Source: Vermamoeba vermiformis (lineage: Eukaryota). Taken from it: a stretch of 64,000 nt of DNA. A program made the translations under genes and the position numbers. Under the pieces are notes generated by a model. It did not search any database, was not told the DNA's origin, and saw nothing but the letters and a program-made list of their open reading frames with translations. Below, in pieces: positions 1-15,200 of this stretch; position 1 is the stretch's first letter, and the number at the start of each line of letters is the position of its first letter. The stretch is from assembly GCA_045837725.1 (NCBI GenBank), contig JBEWZL010000084.1:62001-126000 (forward strand). The letters run 5' to 3'.

Positions 1-1144
1 TCGTGAGAGCCGTAAGCTAGTGAGCTTTTAGTAATCGGCAGAAAACTCTCTGCAATAAGTCTAAAACCACGATAGTCGATCTAATTGCATAAATTAGAAG
101 TTGCTCGAGCTTGTGATTGAATGATGATGCGAACTTACAACACACATCAGTGGCACGTGCAAGTTCTCGCAGCCGTAGTATCTCATCAAACCTTTCAGCT
201 CGAGACCGCCCGCCTTCATAGCGTAAAAATCACCACCGTAAATGCCCATCCAGTCTGTTTGGAGTTTGAAGAGGATCCTGGAACACAGTTAGAAATCGCT
301 TCGATAACCTTATTTTCCACCGTACCCGTTGTACATATATTTCTTTCCTATAAAAGAAACTTGTTAGACGAGGTTCACTATTAATAAATACATATTTTGC
401 AGTTGATCGGATTAGATCCGATCTGACTGGTTAAGTGATGATAATAACATGATTAAGCGTACCTCCTGCTTGTCCGCCTATTTGCGTGGCTGGAATAGTA
501 AGCTGGTCATTTAAATAAGCTTCTGAGATGATGATCTTGCCCAGACGTTTAGCCATTGACACGAAACGACGACTGAGCGAACTAATCTTTAAATTCTTGC
601 GTAACTTCTCTTCTTTAGTGTTTTCTGGCAATTTTAATAGCTCCTATTAAATATCGGGGTCATTAACATCAGACAGAATTAAAATATTATGTCAATTCTT
701 AAACAGTCCATTTTTAAAAATCATTATTACCTGAAAATCTTTATTCCAATCGATAGAGTACCCACGTCGCGAATCTTGAACTTGATTAGAAATTGTGGAT
801 TGTTTATTTTGTTTTTGATCTCGATCCTTGGAGTCGTTATTTTCTTCAACAGCTCCGCCTGCAAATACTCATATTAGTGGTGAAAATATGACATGCACGC
901 GCATACCATAATAAACGTTGCCGTCCTTATACTCGAATTGTGGATTTGGGGCCTCTTGGTGACTAGGCAAATTTGATAAATCTTCAGCTCTATATCTGGG
1001 ATCTTCGTTTTCGATATCCTCTAGATTTGTATTACTATAGGGGTCAATTTGGCCGTAGCTGTCGGCTCGGGGTGAGATTGGGTTACTGTCACTGCCCTGC
1101 TGACCCTCCTCTGGTTGCTTATATTCATTTAAGTTTAACTCCAT
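1..1144 (-). CDS. Clu-domain protein, 5' part (runs off window start)
   Basis: Spliced exons give FVSMAKRLGKIIISE...IGGQAGG and IDYRGFRLIAESFLPI...LAYGS, motifs typical of the Clu domain; ATG at 1144. Confidence 0.75.
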
Positions 1145-1474
1145 GAATATATTTTAATTCGCAGCGACATTAATATCTGTGGTCGTATGCAAATTAACAA
1201 GCATCAAAAAAGATCCAAACTTTTCTGGCCACAAAATGTCCGTCCATGAGTTCTGAGAGAAAAAAGCAAGAATTAAAATGACAATTCTCAGCACTCCATG
1301 ACTGCCGAGCAATACCACAAGCACAGTCTAACCCCTGGACCTCTGTTGCGCTCACTCTAGGATCTGCACCTTTCGACGTCGAGACCAGTTTACATTAACA
1401 ATCGTTTATTTGTGGCTGAAAGTACGTCTGTAGCATAACTTTGGCATATTCATCAATATTGTGCGAGTGGCTCC

Positions 1475-2691
1475 TTATTTTTTCTCCACGTTGACAAGGC
1501 GCAAATAAGGCTTGACAGTTTGGTAGCCTTGAGGGAACAGCTTCTGGGCTTCTTCCTCCTTAACTGAGGGCAAGATGACGGCAGGATCTCCGACCTTCCA
1601 GTCAGCAGGAGTGGCCAACTATAACAAAATGTATTAGAGCACGGAAGAATACACGCGCAAGAAGAAATTGCAATTTCGTCAGGAGAAAACAGATTTACAA
1701 GTATGACTACCGAAGATTGAATTAGCATATTAAGTACTTACTTTTTGGTTATCAGTGGTCTGAAGAGAATCGACAACACGAAGAATCTCGTCGAAGTTAC
1801 GACCAGTGGAGGCAGGGTAGGTCAACGTCAAACGCAATTTCCTAGCAAATAATTGGGTCAGGCACTACACAATAAGATTATGTATGTCGTACTTGGCGGG
1901 GTCGATGACAAAGACAGATCGGACAGTCAACTTTCCAGCCAAAGTGTCAGGGGCATTAGGGGCGACCATGCCTACGAATGTTTCAATTAGTTCACTCAAA
2001 TATTTCTAACGCATTATTGTCAAAAAATGTGAGAATAGAACTTACCGTAAAGGTTGGAAATGTGGCGATCAGGATCAGCAAGAATAGGGTAGCTGATGGT
2101 GGTGTGTTGAGTCTCCTCGATATCCTTTACCCATCCGTGGTGATCATTAACACTGTCGACGCTCAAAGCGATGGGCTGTAATTAAAGATTTGGGTTAACA
2201 TCTGAAGAAATATCGGGATACTCAGAAGAAACAAATATGATAAGGTACCTTAACACCGCGCTTAGTGAATTCAGGAATCAATTTACCGACACGACCCAAC
2301 TCGGTGGTGCAAACCTATAAGGAAATATCAGAAATTGTGTAAACTTCTTCCTTAAGAAGAAAAAATATTGCGGAGAATATTATCACGTAGTATATATAAT
2401 AATATATTTTATGCAATGTGGTAAACAATGAAAACTTACAGGAGTGTAATCTGCGGGGTGGGAGAACAAAATCACCCAGCTATTGCCAGCCCACTCAAAG
2501 AACTTAATTCTGCCTTGAGTAGAATCAGCTTCGAAGTCAGGGACCTGTAAATAAATTATTTCAATATTTATTAACTTGGATGTGTAATTGGATGTCCAAA
2601 AGTTTTCATTATCGCCAAATTGAACTTAAAATCGCGGTATCAGCGAAATACATATACGTACGACGTCTCCAAGTCTAAGAATGTTAGCCAT
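1475..2691 (-). CDS. PRDX6: 1-Cys peroxiredoxin
   Basis: [19 protein letters not shown]...[18 protein letters not shown] (peroxidatic Cys)...[22 protein letters not shown]...[11 protein letters not shown]...KPYLRLV; multi-exon. Confidence 0.95.
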
Positions 2692-2943
2692 TGTTGTTGA
2701 TGTTGATTTTCGTGTCTTCAAATAATTCAAATTCGACAAGTCAGAAGAACTTCTTTCTGCCAGATTTTCAGACCTAAATACCGTCCACGTGCTTTTAATA
2801 CACGGTCCCATCCCTCCGCCACGCGTCGCGGGATCTAGCCGGCAGCCTGGCTGCAACGATGAATCGGAACGCGTATGCATACAAGAATAATACTACGCCG
2901 TAAAATACAACCCATACGCTTTATAACAAAAGGTTTGACGCGT

Positions 2944-5282
2944 TTACAATTTGCTTTGGCTCTTGATAACTTCGCCGAGTTTCATGGCCAATTTCATATC
3001 ACCCTTCATGCGCAACTTGCCTTGCATAAAAGCTTCTTGTGAATTGAGCTTGCCGGTCATCATGCTGACAAAGTCGCCGTCCTTCATGGTGATAGTAACA
3101 CCAGCGGGGTTGCTGCCCTTTCCAACAGCGACAGATCCGCTACCGTTCTAAAAAGTGACAGTGAGAACGTTGATCTTAACTTGTGGATTCGCCACTCCAA
3201 TACTTACCTTCAAGTCGACAGTCCAGACTTGCTTAGCACCGTTGGGACCCTCAGTGATTTCGAATTCGTAGATACCGCCAATCTTGCCAACCAAAGCAGC
3301 ACCGTCGCTCTTGACCTTTTGGCCGAGTTGAGTGAAGACAGCAGCGGCCTTGAAGCCAGAAACGTCAGCACCACCGCTAGAGGCGGCAGGAGCAGCAGCG
3401 ACAGGCTTGGCAGCGGTAGAGGGAGAACGAGCGTTGCTGCCCTTGTTGTCCAAGTTGCTGATGACAACAGTAGTAGAGTCAGAGACACTGAATATCGAAA
3501 CGACGTTAGTAAGTGCTGTCAATAACACTATACACATGCACATACGTGAAGGGGTAGCTAGGGTTAGTGTTGAAGTCACTGATCTTGGCCCAAGAGTCGC
3601 GGATGCTCTCGACACTGAGGTCACGGTCGATGGGGTAGAAAGCACCTTCAGTTCGTTGCCATCTCAACTTGCCAACCCAACCAGCACCAACTATAAGATG
3701 AAGCATAAGAATCCCAGGCTTACAACGGCATTCCAACAAGCAGATCTGCACGTCTACTTACCTTCGAAGATTTCACCAGAGTCCTTGCAGCTCTCGTGAA
3801 CCAAGTAGGCCATCAAGGGGCTGACAAACTCGGGCTTAAGAGCCTTGACGAGTTCTTCAGGCATGACAGTGGAGGTCATGCGTGAGCCAGCAATAGGAGC
3901 GATGATGTTGCAGGTGATGTTGCGGCTCTTGCCCTCAATGGCCAAGGCCTTGCCCATACCAACAAGAGCCAATCTAGAGTATTACTGTTAATATTGCTCG
4001 TGAACCAATGTTGGATTTGTAGTAGAAGCTCGCAGAAGGCTCGTACTTGAGATCCAAATTTCATTCCGTAAAAGGAAATTACTAGCCGTTGTAAATCTTA
4101 TCTCGCGAGAGGAAGTAAAAAATATGTCGTGCTATCCAGCACTACAACGTGCAGCAGAAGCAACAATGAGGCCCTTTGGCGTGCACTCGCACAAAGTATT
4201 CTCCAATAATTTTGTTGGATCGCATCGAGAAACTTACTTGGCAGCACTGTAGTTAGCTTGACCAACGTTACCATAGAGACCAGCAGCAGAGGCAGTCATG
4301 ATAATACGGCCGTAGTTCTGTTCGCGCATGTAGGGCCAAGCAGCCTTGGAGCACTTGTAAGCACCGCGCAAGTGAACCTTGTAAACGAGATCCCAATCGT
4401 TGTCGGTCATCTTCAAGAAGCTAACATCACGCAAGATACCGCTAATAATTGTACATTAATATTTGCTATTTTTGCTTGGACGAGAAAAAAATGTGTTACG
4501 TTGTGAGCAAGTGAATTTCAGGGTTGATCGAGCTGCGTGCGGATCTTCACTACTTACGCGTTGTTAATGAGAATATCGATGCGACCGAAGTTGTCGATGG
4601 CAGTCTTGATGATCTTATCACCATCTTCGACAGAGTCGTAGTTGGCGACGGCAGTACCACCAGCCTTGCGAATCTCCTCGACAACGGCGTCAGCGGCCTT
4701 CGAGGAGGTACCAGAACCTAATAATATTATTGTGAATATTTGAACGGCACCAAAATTTGGCTAGTTGATATGAAGATATTGCGCTCTGGTGACAGAGCTT
4801 TGGGATGACGCAACGTACCAGCGACACTTGTGCCCAGATCATTAACGACGACTTTAGCGCCACGAGAAGCCAAAAGGAGAGCATGAGCGCGGCCCTAATA
4901 TAATCATGTAAGCTATTTTATAATTTTTTAATTATTGGATGCGACTTTTCAAAATTTAAATATTCTCCACTATTAAGATGCTCAGAGTCGTAAATATTGT
5001 TACTTTATACATACCAAACCTCCACCGGCACCAGTGACGACGGCGACCTTGCCTTAAAAGAGATTCTGTTTAGTTGCGGATCTCTCGTTTTAATTGCCGC
5101 TTTTAGCGAATATTTATGGATAAATATCAACTAATTAATTATTTAAATTGTAATTTTGACTACAGGAGCTTGGGATTTTTAAATTTACTTCGTTTTCAAT
5201 GATCGCAAAATGATCACCGCAAACGGGCTTGCCACTGCGTTGGTTACATACCATCATAGCGTAAATTATCCTTGCCAGACAT
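2944..5282 (-). CDS. Peroxisomal 3-hydroxyacyl-CoA dehydrogenase SDR fused to SCP2 (HSD17B4/MfeA/DHS-28 type, no hydratase domain)
   Basis: [27 protein letters not shown] and YSAAK SDR motifs; C-terminal SCP2 domain (WTVDLK...[13 protein letters not shown]); ends in SKL (PTS1). Confidence 0.92.
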
Positions 5283-5741
5283 TGTTATTAGTTGTTTGCT
5301 TCGTGTAGCTTCGAGTGAATGAAATTGCAGGTTCGGTCAAAAATTTGTCTGTTGTTGGATCACGTGGCTGTCTACTTGCATCAATCTTTGTTCCCAGGTC
5401 ATTTTCAGTCTATCTTTGTACAACATAAGGAGCAAGTCTGTCCTATGGAACGAAAAAATACTGAGCTTGATCCAGGTATGACAACTCTGCGTGCTGACCA
5501 GCTCGCCGAGGCAACAGATTGGATGTTGATTGTTTTAAGCAGGTACTTCGGCTGCCGAAAAGAACGTAGCGCAAGCCAATGTACCGGCAAGTGCTCTTTG
5601 GAAAGAAAGGTACGTCAATCAAGCAGATTCAGAATTATTTCAAAAAATCAAAATAAAAAATTCAAACAAAATTTTTTTATTTTTACACACGATGATCGCT
5701 CTCAATTAAGTCTTACAGTAAAATATTATCAATCTCCAAAA

Positions 5742-7022
5742 ATGCTGACGTCTCCTTTGATCAGCGTCACGATCGCTGCCGTCATTGCTTTCTACTTTGT
5801 TATCTCACTGTCGATGGTATTCTTAAACAAATTGGTGCTCTCGAATTTAAACTTTGATTTCCCATTGTTTATGACTTGGTTTCAACTCGTGGTTGCTTTA
5901 GTCTGCATCTACATTGCTGGATACGCTGGTCAACAGTAAGATTTAGCAATTAGGCCTCGTGCAAATACTGACACGCATTGTAGATATCCTTCATTGTCGT
6001 TTTTGGTTCCATTCGAGTTTGATTGGGAGATCGCGAAGAAGATCGCTTCATTGACTGTTATTTATGTTGCTATGATCTGCTTCAACAACTTGTGCTTAGC
6101 TTACGTGCAAATTTCATTCTATCAAGTAAGAATACGCAAGAAAGATATTATCAAAGGCTTACTAACTACGAATTAGGTTGCTCGTTCACTAACCGTTATG
6201 TGGACTATGATTTTTACTTACACAGTCTTGGGTAAGACGATTTCGAAGATGTCTATCATTGCATGCACAGCTGTGTTTGTAGGGTACGTTTTAATAAGCA
6301 TAGTTCGAACAATGAGGATTGATTGAATTCTTCTAGTTTCGCGATCGGATCTTATGGTGAATCCAAGACTGTTCAAGATTTCAACTGGTGGGGCATTATT
6401 TTCGGCGTCATGTCGAGCGCTTTTGTCGCTTTATACGGCATTTACGTCAAGAAAGCCTTGGACTTTGTTGGCAACAACCAATGGTACGAAACAAATCAAA
6501 AACTACCGAGCATTGCAAGATTATTTATCGATATTAATGCGCAATATATTACAGGAGATTGCTGATCTATAATACTTTGATGGCTATTGTTATTTTGTTC
6601 CCGTTCGTCATTCTTTCAGGAGAAGTGTTTGCCGACGAGTTCTGGGCTCAGTTGTTTACTTCTAATGTCTTTTGGTCATTGTTCCTCAGTGGTTTGATGG
6701 GCTACTTGATCAACATTGCCATTTTCATGCAGATCCGCTACACGAGTGCTTTAACTAACGCTGTGTCTGGTACTGCAAAGGCGGTGGTCCAATCAGTTTT
6801 GGGATGGTTGTTGTTCGGCAACATTATTCAGTTCTGGGTATGTTTATATCGTGCCAATATGCTCTATTGTACTAATATCGATATTAGAACGGTGTTGGTA
6901 TTGTGATTGTCATTGTCGGATCTTTCTGGTACTCGCGCATTCAGTTCAACGAAATGAAGAAGGGTGATGCTGCAAAGCCTAAGGACCTTGAGGCCGGAAA
7001 TAGTAAGACCGAGTCTAAATAA
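5742..7022 (+). CDS. SLC35C1: GDP-fucose transporter (nucleotide-sugar transporter)
   Basis: YFVISLSMVFLNK, PLFMTWFQ, FNNLCLAYVQISFYQVARSLT and TSALTNAVSGTAKA motifs. Confidence 0.85.
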
Positions 7023-7176
7023 AATTTATCATTATTTGTGTAATCTAGTATCTCCAATGTGCTGGTCCTTGGACGATTTAAGCTGATCCGTAAAGATTAT
7101 TTATGGCTTTAAAAAGGTTTATTCTCGAGTAATTTTACAAGTTCAACAAAAATTAAATAAGTTAATGGCTCTCAGT

Positions 7177-8611
7177 TTAAGAGAACAACCTAAAATAAAG
7201 CACAGTCAGCAACGGATCAAAATCGAACAGATCCGGAAGAACTTACGAAGTGTTGCCAATTAAGACACTCAAAACTTTGTTGTATTCAGGACCAAAGCAT
7301 CTAGCCAAATTAGGAATGTCCATTTTGTTTTTATCAGAGTGCTAGTAACGAATTGCAATGAGAAAATGTTCCGATCCAAAGTGAACTTAGAAGCTTACCT
7401 GAGAAACCAAGTATAAATGTTGGCATAATAATCTTAGTGTTTCGAGATTGCAGGGAGGCAATCTACCAATTAAAGCTTTCAATTGGTTCAAATCATTTCG
7501 TTCTGTACAAAAAACAAGTCAACAACGCCAGTTTAGCAAACAATAATGATTATACGAATGAATATGATAGTGATGCGTACCAGAGGCAGCAACAAACTCA
7601 TTGTTCAAAGCAGCGGTGAATAACGGTTCAGGCAAATTGCCGATAAAATTAACAACAATACCAGCCGCATCCGAGCCACTTGATGGTTTAAATGCAAATT
7701 CACTGCCCCGACCTGCAAGAAAATTAATATTAAGCATTTTGGAAGTTTGGGCAAGGGACACCCGGATAATATTTCTAAAAAGGTAATATCGATTTTTTGT
7801 ACACCCGTAAGTCCCCTCCAATTTTATTGGTAATTTAACTATAAATTTGATAGATATTGTTTCTTATATCCGAATCATGATAGTGTATTTGAATTAAAAT
7901 ACCAACGGAAAATAATTATCGCTCGATCACGCTTGTAAGGTTTTGGACTCCCTTAGAACTCTTTTAGCTAATTTTAATATGAGCTTACCTGAATCAAACT
8001 CTTCTCTTATCCGCCTAATTTTGGATACAGCAGCTGACACTCTATAAATACCTTCTTCGTCCAAAGCTGTTCGTCCATAAAGTTAATTTAACGCTCAATA
8101 ATTAGCCAAATAGATGGTTTTAAATAATGTGATATTATTTAGTGCTGGATATGCGCTAATAAGCACGTGGAAAAGAACGAATCTTACCCTGATCGTTTAT
8201 GTAGAGAATAGATTTTTTGATTGGCAATGGTATTAGGCCATCGGGGTCACTACGTCTATTAATAATCGTTAGTAACAGCGAGGGATTATTAATTATTTAT
8301 AAAAAATGTCACAGAGGCTAGACGTATCTAGAACGTTCTATTGGACAGATTTGCTACTATTGTCATTATTAACGTTACTTACTTTGCAGCTTCGTCTAAT
8401 GAAATACCCCATAGTCTCGTAGTGCTATTATTACTCACTGGCTCTGAAATAAAAATATAGATCCAATTAATTTATTGATATTCCCTTCTCGTGCCAAATG
8501 ATTATTATAAATACCTTCATGTGAGATTTGGTGGTGTTTTGAAGGTGGTGTATAAGAATTATGTGTTGATGGTGCAGTATCAACGTCTGCTGAAGATTGA
8601 ATACATCCCAT
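7177..8611 (-). CDS. RhoGAP-domain protein with N-terminal MGC acylation motif
   Basis: EEGIYRVS arginine finger, LPEPLFT and NKMDIPNLARCFGP; starts MGCIQS. Confidence 0.8.
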
Positions 8612-9229
8612 GTCTGCGTAGGCAAAATACAATTTAGTGTGTATTAAGGTATTATAATATTAAGGTGATAATAACCTGTTGATTGTGCAGCTGTTGCTAG
8701 GATGACTCTAAACAAAAAAACGAACAAGGAACTAACCTGTCAAAAACGAACTTGTCACAATGATTTGACGTCCACCGAATTGTGTTTAAATATAGGCGAC
8801 AAATCTCAATATAATCCCTTTAAGTAAAGATTGTAAGTCCTGCAGCGGTTTCACAATTTTCGTAAAACAGATTTACTCACATCTCTCAACCACTTAACTC
8901 AACTGCTAATTGCTCGCTTAATTGTAAATACGGAATTAATCTAACGTGGCTCCTCTTATCTATCTCTTCCGGAAATCAAGAATACAGAGGAATCCAGATC
9001 CTCCGCAACTTGTTGATAAATGACATCGATAGCATTTACTTAGATGGCTCTGAAATAAAAGGCATTATTTTGATTGAGTGTTTCTAATAACGGCTGTTGT
9101 GTCGATTTTGGGCAGTTCAATAAAATGTTTATTGTTTTGTTTTCAAACTGCCTGAACAGCACGTTACACCTGATTTATGAATAGTAATGACGAGTAATAC
9201 AGTACCCACAACCAAATTTATTTACTAGT

Positions 9230-12200
9230 ATGGCTTCTCCGGTGACGGATTTTGAAAGTTCGAGCCAAAGTTGGTCCGAGGTGCTAGCCAATATATTTCG
9301 CGATATTAAAACAAGGTAAAAAAATATTGCATTTTATTATTTTAATTGATTTGTTTTATTAAAAATGACGCGTCTATTGTTGAGGTCACTAACCAATTAT
9401 TATTGAATATTCAGAAAGAAAGAAACGCGGGTTGATGGAGCTGCCAAGTTGCGACAATATGTAAGTATTTTAACATAATTGTTATTAGTACTGAAAATTA
9501 TTTTCTCGATCCCGCCATTGGCTTCACAATTTAATTATAACATTGCCGTATCTAAAATTTCTAATATTTTAAACAGGTCGCCGAACAAACCCACGAGATG
9601 AAGGGAGAGTTTTTTACTCATTTTATGCACGATATAAATGAATACATCAAAGATCTCACAAAAAGCTCAGCAGCGCAAGATGTGCTTGGCGGAATTATGG
9701 CCTTAGGTATTTATTTTCACAAAGTACAATAATTAAACGCCAATTGTCGCTCCGCCACGGAAATTTTGTTTATGGAGCTGATCGAGGTCACGACAGTTTG
9801 ACTATTTTTGGAAGTACCTTGCACGACTTCCTATTATTTTTAAAATAATATTTTATATATATACGTTGACAGACAGATAATTTCCTAACAATTACTTCGC
9901 TAGATAAACTGCTGGATGTGGAGTACGATTTGAACGACGGAATTTTTGTAACTCAATGGGCAGCGTATTTGCGAACAGCGCTACATCAGTCAGAAAATAT
10001 TCAAGTAGTCACCGAAGCATCAAGATGTTTAGGTATGGATTTATTAGCTCTAAAGTTGGAACCGGATCCGATCTGAGACATTAAGACCCGGAAATTTAAT
10101 CCGCAACTCGCTGTCATGACCGCTTAAATATGGCGCAGGTCACTGCCAATCATTTAACACTCAATATCCAGTGTCAAGCGGACTATGAATTGTTTACGGT
10201 TGGTCAGATCTTACCCGATTTTATGTTATAGGTCGACTAGCCCGTATATATCAACACACTATGCCGCGTGAATTTATAGATTTTGAGATCCGCCAAGCAT
10301 TGGAATGGCTATTATCAGGCCATCATTTCAGAGCCACAACAGCTGTCTGTGTACTGGCTGAATTATTGCAAAATGTACCCACTTTAATCAACGTAGAGGT
10401 AAGAGTCGGGCTACATATTAATAGCGCATGGCCATATGATACATCTGAAAGGCCTTAAAAATTACAAAAGATTTTCTGGCCTTATATTGCCGTTCAATAC
10501 TAATGCCGTTTCATTAGCACGTTGAAAGTTTTGTGGATTTAATGTGGCTGCCGTTAAGAGACAATGATATTACACTAAGAGAAGGCACAGTTGAAGTACT
10601 GCGGTGGAGTTTAAAAGTGGTCAAAGATCGGTCACGTGAACTACGATTGAATTTATACAAAAAAGTATACGCACTCGCTGAAAATGGATTTAAAGTATCG
10701 AAATTGCCCGATAGTATTCACGGCTCAATGCTCGTATTCGGTACGTAAATATTTTTTTTAATTTATTTTTATTTATTATTCAAGAAATCTAAACGACGAT
10801 CTCGATGCATTAATATTTATGCGTATAATAATGATTATTATAGGAGAGGTATTGGCAGATAATTGCGAGTACTTGAATGACAAATACGAAGAAGTTAGCA
10901 AAATGATATTAAGCATGCGCGATCACAAAAATCAATTGATTCGTCATACAGTCATTCAATTGATTCCACAGCTGGCTAAATTCAACCCACAGCATTTTGC
11001 AGATAAAAATTTAGCCACGTGCACTGAGCACTTACTCGCTTCGTTGAGCAATAAGAAAGAACGAGGAGCGGTATTATTAGCACTAGGTGAAATGGGCTTG
11101 GTAAGTACTACATTAATGGATAAGTACATTGGGTCTAATATTGTTACGTAGGTTCTGAAAGAACGAATCAATCCAGTGTTGGGCAGCATTATCAATATTA
11201 TCACACAAGCATTCACGGCAAGATTTGGCAAGAATTTGTTATGCCCTGAGTTGTTTAAATGCATTAGTATGTTAGCTATTGCTCTCGGCGGTGATTTGGC
11301 CATTCATATGAAGCCTATTCTACGTAAGTATTAGAGATCTTACAATTGTATAAGAGCACTTCTAACTGCTAATTTAGCGCAAATGTTTGCTACAGAATTC
11401 AGTCAGATTTTGATTGACACGCTCAGTGACATTGCGCACAACATTCCGTCATTGCGTGACACGATCCAAGAGAGATTGTTGAACGTTTTGTCAATGTACT
11501 TGACCACTAAAGACTCTGGCCGCGCATTACATAGACAGAGCATCATCACGCCCAACACATCCAATACTAGTAGCAGCTTGTCCTCTCCGCGCGATTCGTC
11601 AGTATTGAGCCATAGTCCCGCTACTCCAGGCCCGAACAACATGTTGAACTTGTTGCCAGCAGTACGTAGAACTGTTTCTCGTAAATTCTGACGTAACACT
11701 TTGTTATGTAGTCACTGGCAGGCGATCGTACACCAATGATCATCTTGTCGCTGCACACTTTGGCGACATTTGAATTTGATACTAGTGTGACACGCGACCT
11801 TGTCCACAAACTCGTTGTACATTACTTGGACGACGAGAATGCGTGAGTTTCTTTCAATTAATCCATGGTACTTTTACATCTTACTGACGCTTTAATAGTA
11901 CTATCCGTAAGAAAGCAGCAATTGCTTGCACCAAGTTGCTAATTAGCAAGAACGAGCGACCTTCGCTGCGCGGTCCTTCAGCGAGTATCATTGCCGATGT
12001 GTTGATGATGTTGCTGCGCGTAGTGTTGACTGACATGGGTAAGTTTGAATCATTTCTGTGTTTGTGATTGATCGTCTAACACTTGCGCTTAGATCCGTCC
12101 ATTCGTGAAAGCATTCTTGGTTCATTAGACGAGCGATACGACTTGATGCTCTCACAGCCTGAATTTATCAAAACTATATTCTTGTTCTTATACGACGAAG

Positions 12201-15200
12201 TATTTGAGGTAAATATTTCCACAATCCAAGTAAAAGTACGTGGGACTAACGAATTTCCCGTGCAGATCCGCGAACTCGCTGTGTTGCTGCTTGGTCGCTT
12301 AAGTGTGATCAATCCAGCATACATATTCCCGTCCTTGCGATCATACTTGGTCGATGTCGTCAAAGAAATTGAAGCCAGCGAAGACATTCACAAAAAAGAA
12401 AGTAGCGCGAAGCTGTTCGGCAAAGTCATCCGGTCTTTATCCAAATTAGTCAAACCCTACACTGACACGCTCGTGAAACAACTTCTCGGCGTGATTAGGC
12501 AAGAGCAGTCTTCACGCTTATCGGCGTATGGTTTGGCTGCACTCGGAGACCTTGCTGAAGTAGCTGGTGACACGATGTTACAGTACATGGACGAGCTCAT
12601 GCCACTCGTCATTGAGAACTTCCAAGAACAAAGTTCGTCGACCAAACGATACGTGGCACTGAAGACATTGGATTCATTGGTTGAGAACACTGGCTACGTC
12701 ATTGAACCGTTCTTGAAGTATCCTCGATTGTTGGACACGATTTTGAATAAGATCAAACGAGAGGACCAAGCTACAACACGGTCGCAGTTGATTCGATTGT
12801 TGGGAACCATGGGTGCCTTGGATCCGTACAAGTACAAGCAATTGCAACTCGAACAGCTTGAAGATAGTGAAGAGGCAGCCAATTCATCGATCGTTAAGCC
12901 ATCGACGTCAGGATCAAACGGCAATGGCAAAGAGAATGGTGCCGGTCAGCCACAAGGGCAACAGCAACAAGGTCCCGAGCTGAATGCTAGTGGTGATGCT
13001 TCTGACAGTGATTTGATGCGTGGTGTGTCATTGGCTAGCGAAGATTACTACCCTTCAATAGCTTTGACAATTCTGTTGCAATTTTTACGAAAACCTTATG
13101 GCGCCTTGGCCACAGTAAGTTGACTATTATCGGCATGTGCACGCCATACTAACTTGATTTAGTTGCAACCGATGGTGATTCAAGCTGTGATGACCATCTT
13201 CAAGAGTCAAGGACTCAAGTGCGTGCCTTACCTCAAACACTTTATGCCGTTGTTTATGCACGTCATGAAAGTGGTCGGAGAGTCCATGCCTGGCCTCAGA
13301 GAGTTGATGTTCCAACAACTCTGTATTTTAGTCTCGATCATCAAGCACTACACGCGTGATTTCCTTGACGAGTTCTTCGGAGTAAGCATTGATGACACTT
13401 TTATTGCCAAACCGTGTTCTAACGCGTGATTAGATGATTAAAGAGTACTGGGACAACCCGATTCTCAGCACTCAAATCATTCTGTTGATTGAAGAAATAG
13501 CTGATGCTTTGAATGATGAAATTGGCGACGCACTTGTTTGGATGATGCCCAAGATGTTGCGTGTCTTGGCAAACGACTCCAGTCCCAACAATCAAGCCAC
13601 TCTCCGTATCTTCCATGCTTTTGAGTCGTTCGGTACATTGCTAGATGATTACATGCACTTGATTATCCCTGCTATTGTAAGTTCATTTCATCATTTATAT
13701 ACCGATCTAATTCGTAAACAGATGCGCCTTATCGATAATCCTCAAAACCCTGGTGATGTGCGAAAGGCAGCTTTGTTCACCCTCGGCAAACTGTCTCAAA
13801 AGCATTCGTTGACAAAGTACGCTACGGCCATTATGTTACCTTTGGCACGTGTCTTGGATCAAGGCAGCCCGTCCATTCAAAATCAAGTTTTGGAAACACT
13901 GTATGATATAGTAATCAGCTTCGAACAGGAATACAAAGTCTTCATTCCGATGGTAAGTTATCGAGAGGTACCTCAAGTAGTACAAATTCTCACGTTGTCG
14001 TACAGATTCAAGCAGTTGTAAATAAGCGTCAGATCCACAACACGCGTTACAATAACGCCATCTACAAGTTAGTCAGCAACGAGCCCTTGCCACTGCCGGA
14101 GTTATACGCCAATCATAAACGGAAGAAATCGTCGAGCAGATTGGACGAAATGATCGAGAGCGGCAGCATCAACATCAATCCTAAGGCTGGCAATGTAAAT
14201 AGCCAAGTTCTAGCCCAAGCCTGGGACACGACCAAGTGCTTCACCAAGTCAGATTGGTTCGAATGGATTCGAAAACTCTCTATCACTTTGCTGGCCGAGT
14301 CTCCATCAGCTGCTCTTCGCTGTATGGCTCCATTGGCAATGTCACATCAACCTGTGGCTCGTCAGCTCTTCAATGCAGGCTTTGTCTCGTGCTGGGGTCA
14401 GTTGTCCGCAGAATTGCGAGATAACTTGGTCAAGTGCATCGAACAAGCGTTGTCTTCTGCGAACATTCCGCCAGAAATTTTGCAAATTTTGTTGGATTTG
14501 GCTGAGTTCATGGAACATAACGAAAAAGCCTTGCCTATTGACATCAAGATCCTCGCTTCATTGGCCGTCAAATGTCAAGCATATGCCAAGGCCTTGCACT
14601 ACAAGGAATCGGAGTTCAGGCAGAATCCACAAAGCACCATCGAACAGCTGATCTACATCAACAACGAATTACATCAGTTAGAGGCCGCACAAGGTCTATT
14701 GAAGTACGCCCGTGAACAGTTGCAAGTCCCGATCAAAACCACGTGGTACGAGAAGGTGCAACGATGGACAGCTGCCCTCGAACAGTACGACAAGCAACAG
14801 GTGGACTCTCCCGATGACTTGAACATTATGCTTGGTCGAATGCGGTGCATGGCTTCTTTGAGTGATTGGGAGGGCGTGTCTAACCTTGTTGACACAGCTT
14901 TGAAGCGCACAGATCTTACACCTGTTCAGCGCACAGAAGTTGCCACAATTTCACTCTCCTCGGCCTTGAACTTGATGCGATGGGAGAAAATGGATGAGTG
15001 CATAACATACTTGGACGAGAACTTGTTGGATGCGGCGTTCTATCGAGCAATTATTGCCGTACACCATGGCCAATACAACGAATCTCAGGGTCTGATTGAC
15101 AAAGCGCGTGAGCTTGCGGCTACAGAGCTCACAGCTTTGCTCGGTGAAAGTTACAACCGTGCCTACGACGTTGTAGTGAGAATTCAGCAGCTCACCGAGC

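Noticed and set aside
1280-1450. GC-richer intergenic stretch with an Sm-site-like ATTTGTGG; considered as snRNA or tRNA
   Set aside because: No U1/U2 5' signature or cloverleaf could be recognised; an Infernal/Rfam search would be needed.
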